Notes under the pieces: generated by a model
What the model saw: only the letters and a program-made list of their open reading frames with translations
Told to the model about the DNA's origin: nothing
The model's database searches: none
Origin: a virus
Virus record (IMG/VR): IMGVR_UViG_3300046387_001332
DNA length: 64,000 nucleotides
Strand: one strand, 5' to 3'
Made by a program: the position numbers and the translations under genes
Shown: piece by piece, positions 57,746-64,000 of the stretch
How the letters are laid out: every line of letters starts with the position of its first letter
Numbering within the stretch: the stretch's first letter is position 1

Positions 57746-60229
57746 GTGAAAGTAAAGAAAAGAAATGGCAGACTAGAAGAATTTAATGTTGATAAAATCA
57801 ACAAATGTGCCGAGAGAGCCGCAAAAAATTTAGATAACGTTAGTGCAAGTGAAGTTCTGATTGATGCCAAAATCAAGTTGTATGATAAAGTTACAACGGT
57901 AGAAATAGACAAATCACTTATTATGAGTGCTAGGTCTAAAATTGAATTTGAACCGAATTATGCTTATATGGCTGCAAGAATGCTTTTGAATACAATTTAT
58001 AAAGAAGTATTCGGAGAAGGAGTAGATAGTGATGCATTTGAACTTCAGTATCGTAAAAGTTTTATTACGAATATGCGTAGATTAGTCCGTGAAGAAATTT
58101 TGGACGAACAACTTCTTGAGTGTTTTGATTTGCGTGAGTTGAGTGACAAACTAAATATTGAACGAGAAAAAGATTGGAAGTATCTTGGTATTCAAACGAT
58201 ATACGATAGGTATCTTCTTCATATAAACAATCGTAGAATGGAAACACCACAAGCAATGTGGATGCGTATTGCTATGGGTCTTGCTTTGAATGAGAAACCC
58301 GAAGAACGTCAAGCATACGCAATTAAGTTTTATGAAACACTTAGTTGCTTTGATGTAGTAAGTTCCACTCCAACTTTGTTTAATAGTGGAACAACTCATA
58401 GTCAATTAAGTAGTTGTTATCTAAATACTTTTGATGATTCTATTGATGGAATATTTGATGGCATTTGGCAAGAAGCAAGAAAAAGTAAATTTGCAGGTGG
58501 TCTTGGATTTGATATTACCAATTTCCGTGCAAGAGGAAGTTACATTAAAGGAACAAACGGAATCAACCAAGGACCCGTTTACTTTTGGAAACTTTACAAT
58601 GATATGCTTGTTGCAGTTAATCAAGGTGGTAAAAGAAAAGGTGCAGGATGTGCATATCTTGAAACCTGGCACGCAGACATTGAAGACTTTTTATCATTAA
58701 GAAAAACTGTAGGTGATGACAGAATGCGTTGTCACGATATGAATACGGCAAATTGGATTCCTGATTTGTTTATGAAACAAGTTGAATCAGATGGACCATG
58801 GTATTTGTTTAGTCCAAATGAAACACCTGAGTTGCACGAAATTTTTGGTGAAAAGTTTGAAACAAAATATTGGGAATATGTTAAAAAAGGTCAAGAAGGT
58901 GAACTTAGTGTTTTTCGTGAAGTAAAAGCAAAAGACCTTTGGAAGAAGATGTTGAAAAGTATTTTTGAAACTGGTCATCCGTGGGTTACATTCAAAGACC
59001 CAAGTAACATTCGTTATAGCAATCAACACGAAGGAACTGTTCATAGTAGTAATCTGTGTACAGAAATTCTTCTTCACACAAAACCAACTATTCACGATAA
59101 CGAAGGAACTCGTTCAGTAAAAGAATACGGAGAAACTGCAACTTGTAATTTGGCAAGTGTGAATTTGAAACGTCATGTTGGTGTAAATAAACACGGAGAA
59201 AAATTTATTGATTACAAGAAACTTGGAAGTAGTGTAAAAACTGCAATGCGTATGTTGGATAATGTTATTGATCTTAATTATTATCCAACCGAAGAGTCAC
59301 GTAAAAGTAATATGAATCATCGTCCTGTTGGTCTTGGAACAATGGGTTGGCATGATATGTTTTACGAATTTAATGTCAATTACGAAAGTGATGATGCAAT
59401 TCGTATTTCAGATGAAATTTACGAAAACATTTCTTATTTCGCAATTGAAGCATCTTCTGATATGGCACTTGATCGTGAAACTTATAGTTCATATTCAGGA
59501 AGTCTTTGGAGTCAAGGAACATTTCCAATTGATACTTGGAAACAAGTTATGAAACTTCGTGGAAATTCTGATGAAGTTGAACTTAGAAAAGATTGGGACA
59601 AACTCAAAAAGAAAGTTGCTAAACAAGGAATGCGTAATTCTAATACAATGGCAATCGCACCGACTGCAACAATCAGTTACATTGCAGGATGTTCACAAAG
59701 CATTGAACCAAACTTCGGAGTTATTTTCGTATACTCTACATTAAGTGGTGAATTCACAATGATGAATGAATATTTTGTAAATGATATGAAAGCAGAAGGA
59801 TTGTGGACAAAAGAACTTAGTAATCTTGTTAAAAGTGTAGACGGAGATTTACAGAAACTAAATGGAGCAATTCCACCTTGGATCAAAGAGAAGTATAAAA
59901 CTGCATTCCAACAAGATCAATTCAAACTTATTGATTGTGCGGCTTCTCGTCAAAAGTGGATTGACCAAGGACAAAGTCTAAATCTTTACAACGACAAAAG
60001 TAGCATGAAGTTTCTTAACGACGTTTATTTTCACGCATGGAGAAGTGGTTTGAAAACAACTTACTATCTTCGTAATCTGGCTGCAAGTGCTATTGAAAAA
60101 AGTACAGGGGTCAATGTAGAAGAACATAGTTCAGAAAAACCTACCGAGCAAACTGAGGGTGAACCGTCTGCATCATTGTGCAGTTTAGAAGCAAAAATGC
60201 GTGGTGAAGTTTGCGAAAGTTGTCAATAA
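57746..60229 (+). CDS. nrdA: Ribonucleotide reductase class I alpha subunit with ATP cone
   Basis: VKKRNG ATP cone, TPTLFN, SSCYL, SNLCTEI, CNLAS, APTA, KTTYY and C-terminal CESCQ. Confidence 0.96.
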   Translation: MKVKKRNGRLEEFNVDKINKCAERAAKNLDNVSASEVLIDAKIKLYDKVTTVEIDKSLIMSARSKIEFEPNYAYMAARMLLNTIYKEVFGEGVDSDAFELQYRKSFITNMRRLVREEILDEQLLECFDLRELSDKLNIEREKDWKYLGIQTIYDRYLLHINNRRMETPQAMWMRIAMGLALNEKPEERQAYAIKFYETLSCFDVVSSTPTLFNSGTTHSQLSSCYLNTFDDSIDGIFDGIWQEARKSKFAGGLGFDITNFRARGSYIKGTNGINQGPVYFWKLYNDMLVAVNQGGKRKGAGCAYLETWHADIEDFLSLRKTVGDDRMRCHDMNTANWIPDLFMKQVESDGPWYLFSPNETPELHEIFGEKFETKYWEYVKKGQEGELSVFREVKAKDLWKKMLKSIFETGHPWVTFKDPSNIRYSNQHEGTVHSSNLCTEILLHTKPTIHDNEGTRSVKEYGETATCNLASVNLKRHVGVNKHGEKFIDYKKLGSSVKTAMRMLDNVIDLNYYPTEESRKSNMNHRPVGLGTMGWHDMFYEFNVNYESDDAIRISDEIYENISYFAIEASSDMALDRETYSSYSGSLWSQGTFPIDTWKQVMKLRGNSDEVELRKDWDKLKKKVAKQGMRNSNTMAIAPTATISYIAGCSQSIEPNFGVIFVYSTLSGEFTMMNEYFVNDMKAEGLWTKELSNLVKSVDGDLQKLNGAIPPWIKEKYKTAFQQDQFKLIDCAASRQKWIDQGQSLNLYNDKSSMKFLNDVYFHAWRSGLKTTYYLRNLAASAIEKSTGVNVEEHSSEKPTEQTEGEPSASLCSLEAKMRGEVCESCQ

Positions 60230-60239
60230 TTTAATGTAA

Positions 60240-60268
60240 TTGACTAAAAACCCTCGGTGGGGTAATAT
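60240..60268 (+). promoter_or_regulatory. Sigma70-type promoter overlapping an RBS-occluding hairpin
   Basis: TTGACT-17nt-TAATAT; AGGAGG SD at 60298-60303. Confidence 0.55.
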
Positions 60269-60311
60269 ATATAGATATATTATTAATCAATCAACCCAGG
60301 AGGGTAAATAA

Positions 60312-61340
60312 ATGAATTCAAGCAAGATTTTCGCAATCGTGGCCTTTATGGCAATTTCCGTCAATGTTATTTTCGGAGCACCAAATTACAAACAATTAAG
60401 GGAAGTTGCGGATCACTTGCAAGATGTTTCTGTTACAATTAAAGCAAAAGCACGATATAGTAGTTCAGAAGGTTCTGGTGCAATGATTATTCGTGAAGTT
60501 GACGGAAAAAAAGTTACATTTGTTTGGACGGCTGCTCACGTTGTAGACAATCTTCGCAAAGTTCGTAGTGTTATTGAAGGTGGTGCTCCTGTAAAAATTG
60601 TTGAGTTTGATGACGCATCAATTGTGAAGGAACTTGTAGAAAAAGGTCGTAGAGTTGGTGAAATGAAAATGGATGCTAAGATCATCAAGTATTCAAATGC
60701 TGAAGATGGTCATGATTTGGCACTTCTAATGGTTCGTGCAAAGGATTATGCAAAAGACGGGGTTGATTTTTATCTTAAAGAAGAAAATGATAGAATCATT
60801 CCAATTGGAACTGATTTATTTCATGTTGGTTCGTTGCTTGGTCAAATGGGTGCAAATTCAATGACAACCGGAATTATTTCACAAGTCGGAAGAACTCTTG
60901 ATAAGTTTGAATATGATCAAACAACCGTTACTGCTTTTCCAGGAAGTTCTGGTGGTGGAGTTTATTTGCAAAATGGACAATATGTTGGCATGATTGTGCG
61001 TGGTGCGGGTGAAGGATTTAATTTAATGGTTCCTGTGCGTAGAATGATTCGTTGGGCAGAAAAGAATGATATTATGTGGGCAATTGATCCTAAAGTTGAA
61101 ATGCCTCCTATGGAAGAAATTTTAAGTATGCAAATCGAAGATACAGGTGTTATTCGCAAGGATGAAGATGAAGATGAGGATGAGTACGGTGCAAAGTCTA
61201 CATTTCCTTATAGAATTAAAACTGAGTATAAATTTGATGATAAATTGTTAAATGGATTTGATAAATCTGACGAGTTTGAAAAAGAATTAAAGATTATGCC
61301 ATTTGACGGAATGAATCCTTACAGAATTGAGCATAGATAA
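60312..61340 (+). CDS. Secreted trypsin-like serine protease
   Basis: Signal peptide; catalytic triad motifs WTAAHV, DLALL and PGSSGGG. Confidence 0.9.
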   Translation: MNSSKIFAIVAFMAISVNVIFGAPNYKQLREVADHLQDVSVTIKAKARYSSSEGSGAMIIREVDGKKVTFVWTAAHVVDNLRKVRSVIEGGAPVKIVEFDDASIVKELVEKGRRVGEMKMDAKIIKYSNAEDGHDLALLMVRAKDYAKDGVDFYLKEENDRIIPIGTDLFHVGSLLGQMGANSMTTGIISQVGRTLDKFEYDQTTVTAFPGSSGGGVYLQNGQYVGMIVRGAGEGFNLMVPVRRMIRWAEKNDIMWAIDPKVEMPPMEEILSMQIEDTGVIRKDEDEDEDEYGAKSTFPYRIKTEYKFDDKLLNGFDKSDEFEKELKIMPFDGMNPYRIEHR

Positions 61341-61798
61341 TGCAATTTTTTGTTAGGTTTTTAATTGTTACATATTTTATTTTATTATCACCCTTGGTTA
61401 CTTCATGTGCCGAGGGTGATGGGTATATAAAAGCACCACCTCTGAATAAAAAATTTGAAGGTTGGCAGAATTTAATTAATCCTGTTCTTCAAAAATCATA
61501 TGACGAATATCAAAAAAATAAATTGTTAAAAGAGGAATTTAATAAAGACATTCGCAGATATGGAACATTAACAAAAGATGAGTTGAATCTTGCTATGTTG
61601 ATACATCGTTTTAATTTAAAACAAAATGATGTTGATCAATATACATACAATGAATGTACAAAGTGGATGAAAATATACGAGAAAGAAATTGAAATAGCAA
61701 GAGAAAATTACGATGGCCCTGCATATGTTTTCTTTTTTGAAGAGTTTGTTAAACTCACTTTTATTCGTGCGGGTGTCAATAAATTTGGGAGTCTATAA
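61340..61798 (+). CDS. Exported/lipoprotein hypothetical
   Basis: Hydrophobic N-terminus ending LVTS-C. Confidence 0.65.
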   Translation: MQFFVRFLIVTYFILLSPLVTSCAEGDGYIKAPPLNKKFEGWQNLINPVLQKSYDEYQKNKLLKEEFNKDIRRYGTLTKDELNLAMLIHRFNLKQNDVDQYTYNECTKWMKIYEKEIEIARENYDGPAYVFFFEEFVKLTFIRAGVNKFGSL

Positions 61799-61809
61799 TA
61801 TTTATTATA

Positions 61810-61911
61810 ATGGAATTGTTAAAAAAACTATTGTGTAAAATAAAATGCTTTTTTATTTCTTGTTGTGATGATAGCAAAAAATGTGATTGTAAATGTCACA
61901 CTAAAAAATAA
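61810..61911 (+). CDS. 33-aa Cys-rich peptide (not in the ORF track)
   Basis: MELLKKLLCKIKCFFISCCDDSKKCDCKCHTKK*, with 7 Cys. Confidence 0.5.
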   Translation: MELLKKLLCKIKCFFISCCDDSKKCDCKCHTKK

Positions 61912-61974
61912 TTTAATTACTTTACAACAAAACTTATATATGATATATTTCTTCTATACTAAAGGAGAAATATT

Positions 61975-62292
61975 ATGAAATACATTATACTTGTAACTAC
62001 TCTACTATTATCATCATGTGGAGTAAAAAATAAAATATTAAAATGGAATAATTCAGGAGAACTCGGAGTTCCCAAACAAACCATTGAAAGAACTGACTTC
62101 CTTTTAAATGATACAGAGAAAGAAACTTCCAATATACCAACTACAACTGTAATTGAAACTACATATACAGAACAATCAACTGATGTTGATGATGAAACTA
62201 ATTATTATTTTTATTTGATTCCGTTTGTTATTTTGGGTATACTTGCAATGTTAGTATTTCGTTTGAAAAAACAAAATATGAATTCTTTATAA
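61975..62292 (+). CDS. Lipoprotein with C-terminal TM helix (u-spanin-like topology)
   Basis: Lipobox LLSS-C; C-terminal YFYLIPFVILGILAMLVF followed by RLKK; AAGGAGA SD. Confidence 0.65.
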   Translation: MKYIILVTTLLLSSCGVKNKILKWNNSGELGVPKQTIERTDFLLNDTEKETSNIPTTTVIETTYTEQSTDVDDETNYYFYLIPFVILGILAMLVFRLKKQNMNSL

Positions 62293-62327
62293 ACTTTATT
62301 TGAAATTAAATCGTTATATATATTGAT

Positions 62328-63335
62328 ATGAAAACTGGAGAATTATTAGGTAATGAAACAGAGGGAGTAAATCAAATTCTTCCTCATAAACATAAATGGG
62401 CATGGGATCTGTATGAACAGGGTGTGAAAAATAACTGGGTTCCTACTGATGTGCCGATGACAAAAGATGTGCAGAATTGGAAATCTGCTCCTGAAGCATC
62501 TTTGAGTGAAGATGAACGATTGGTGATCAAGAGATGTCTTGGTTTCTTTGCAGGTAGTGAAAGTTTGGTAGCAAATAATTTGATGACATTATCAAAGTAC
62601 ATTACTGACCCTGAGTGCCGTCAATATATGGCAAGGCAGATGTACGAAGAGTGTTTACACAATCATACTGTAGTTTACATTTGCGATAGTCTTGATTTAG
62701 ATATTGGTGAGGTATACGAAGCATATCAAACCGTGCCTTCTATTAAAGCAAAAGATGATTTTCTTATGAAAGTAACGGGTGGACTCAATGATGCTGAAAT
62801 TGATACATCAACAAAACAAGGTCGAAGAGAATTATACAAGGCTGCATTTACATATTGGGTTGTGTGCGAAGGAACATTCTTTTTCAGTGGATTTGCAATG
62901 CTTCTTGCTTTGAGTGATAAAATACCTGGAATTGCGGAACAAATTCAATACACACTTCGTGATGAAAGTATTCACATTAAATTTGGAACGAATCTTCTTA
63001 ATAAACTAAGAGAGCAATATACAGATATAATGGATGACTCATTTGAACAAGAATTGACTGATGTGTTAAAGCAAGCAGTTGAACTTGAAATTCAATATGC
63101 ACAGGATGTGCTTCCACGTGGAATTCTTGGTCTGAATTCAAGTATGTTTGTTGAGTATATGCAGTTTATCGCAAATCGTAGATTGGAAAATCTTAATATG
63201 AAATTTCGTTATGATAGTGACAATAATCCGTTTCCTTGGTTAAGTGAGGTTATTGACATTCGCAAACAAAAGAACTTTTTTGAAACTAGAGTCATTGATT
63301 ATCAGGATGAATCTGCATTAGTTGACGATTTTTGA
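62328..63335 (+). CDS. nrdB: Ribonucleotide reductase beta subunit, class Ic-like
   Basis: FFAGSESLV, EECLHNHTV, EGTFFFSGF, RDESIH and KNFFETRVIDYQ. Confidence 0.93.
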   Translation: MKTGELLGNETEGVNQILPHKHKWAWDLYEQGVKNNWVPTDVPMTKDVQNWKSAPEASLSEDERLVIKRCLGFFAGSESLVANNLMTLSKYITDPECRQYMARQMYEECLHNHTVVYICDSLDLDIGEVYEAYQTVPSIKAKDDFLMKVTGGLNDAEIDTSTKQGRRELYKAAFTYWVVCEGTFFFSGFAMLLALSDKIPGIAEQIQYTLRDESIHIKFGTNLLNKLREQYTDIMDDSFEQELTDVLKQAVELEIQYAQDVLPRGILGLNSSMFVEYMQFIANRRLENLNMKFRYDSDNNPFPWLSEVIDIRKQKNFFETRVIDYQDESALVDDF

Positions 63336-63351
63336 TAATAGATACATATAT

Positions 63352-63570
63352 ATGTATGTGGATTACGATAAGGAATTATACGAAAAAAGTTTGTATTATC
63401 GTCATGTAGTAGACGAAAATGAAGAAATAAATGTCCATAAATGGTTAGAGTCTGAAAAAGAAGGCACTGATATTGGAGTTGATAAAGCACGACGTTCGTG
63501 GATCATGAATCATAAGAACCAATGGCATTCTCACTGGATCAAACAAAATTTAGATAATTTAGAAAAATAA
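63352..63570 (+). CDS. Small DUF4032-like protein
   Basis: EEINVHKWLESEKEGTDIG...W pattern. Confidence 0.6.
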   Translation: MYVDYDKELYEKSLYYRHVVDENEEINVHKWLESEKEGTDIGVDKARRSWIMNHKNQWHSHWIKQNLDNLEK

Positions 63571-63598
63571 AATAAAATAGTTTTTATATTTATTTTAT

Positions 63599-64000
63599 AT
63601 GGATCAAAAAGAAAACATAACAGAACCCTCAGACGAAAAAAGGTTTCTAAAGTTTTTGCCTACAAATCCATTGAAGCATTTAAAACTACTGATAGTTGTT
63701 TTATTGCATTGGATGGTTGTGATTGGTAATTTTTGTGCATTCTTTATTTTAGCATTTCAAGGATTTACTCCTTATGGATTTCCGTGGTATGTATGTTTAC
63801 CATTATGTTCTTTTATTGCTTTAATTTCTTTTTCGAGAGTGTTGGATTGTCCAATGACTCGGTACGAAAATAAAATGAGGGTAAAACTCGGAAAACCAAC
63901 AATCAAAGGATTCATAGGTCATTATTTTTTAAAACCATATGTTCGTAGAAAAGTGAGAAAGGCAAGAGAGAAACGAGAAGCATCTGGAAAAACAAAATGA
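63599..64000 (+). CDS. DUF2784-like membrane protein
   Basis: VLLHW plus hydrophobic segments and CPMTRYENKMR...GFIGHY; TATTTAT at 63587-63593. Confidence 0.65.
   Translation: MDQKENITEPSDEKRFLKFLPTNPLKHLKLLIVVLLHWMVVIGNFCAFFILAFQGFTPYGFPWYVCLPLCSFIALISFSRVLDCPMTRYENKMRVKLGKPTIKGFIGHYFLKPYVRRKVRKAREKREASGKTK

Noticed and set aside
10328-60229. Inteins or introns in terL, recA, helicase or nrdA
   Set aside because: Lengths and motif spacing are normal, with no splicing motifs.
1-64000. Stop-codon reassignment
   Set aside because: Core genes are full length in the standard code, and TAA, TGA and TAG all end genes.
1-64000. Apparent scarcity of GCGC and some AGCT contexts (restriction avoidance)
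   Set aside because: This is an impression only; it needs a k-mer observed/expected count that I could not run.
1-64000. tRNA or other structured RNA genes
   Set aside because: Intergenic gaps are short and AT-rich; no cloverleaf or T-loop signature was seen.

Overview
AT-rich segment of a large (jumbo-type) myophage genome. All credible genes lie on the + strand and use the standard genetic code. Gene order: (1) a Mre11/SbcD-Rad50/SbcC fusion gene split in two by a GT9-like glycosyltransferase; (2) probable head-cargo proteins (P-loop kinase, nucleotidyltransferase/ligase-fold polyprotein, basic proteins); (3) a T4-like morphogenesis module (terminase, portal, prohead protease, scaffold, major capsid, neck, sheath, tube, tail chaperone with a likely programmed frameshift, 2197-aa tape measure, baseplate); (4) a replication module (short family-A polymerase, SSB, RecA/UvsX, 5'-3' exonuclease, DnaB-like helicase, NrdA/NrdB). 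A complete prkA/yeaG-yeaH-spoVR/ycgB operon and an atypical DNA methyltransferase sit inside the replication module. Most notable: the phage-borne PrkA-YeaH-SpoVR system; two copies of an 11-7-11 palindrome bracketing the 35-kb structural module; the fractured Mre11-Rad50 gene; a +1/-2 slippery site before the tape measure; a class Ic-like (tyrosyl-radical-less) NrdB; an envelope cassette between nrdA and nrdB; and a TATTTAT motif (reverse complement of the T4 late promoter core) often only 4-7 nt before ATG. No tRNA, rRNA, CRISPR array or intein was recognised. All calls come from reading motifs by eye; no searches were run.
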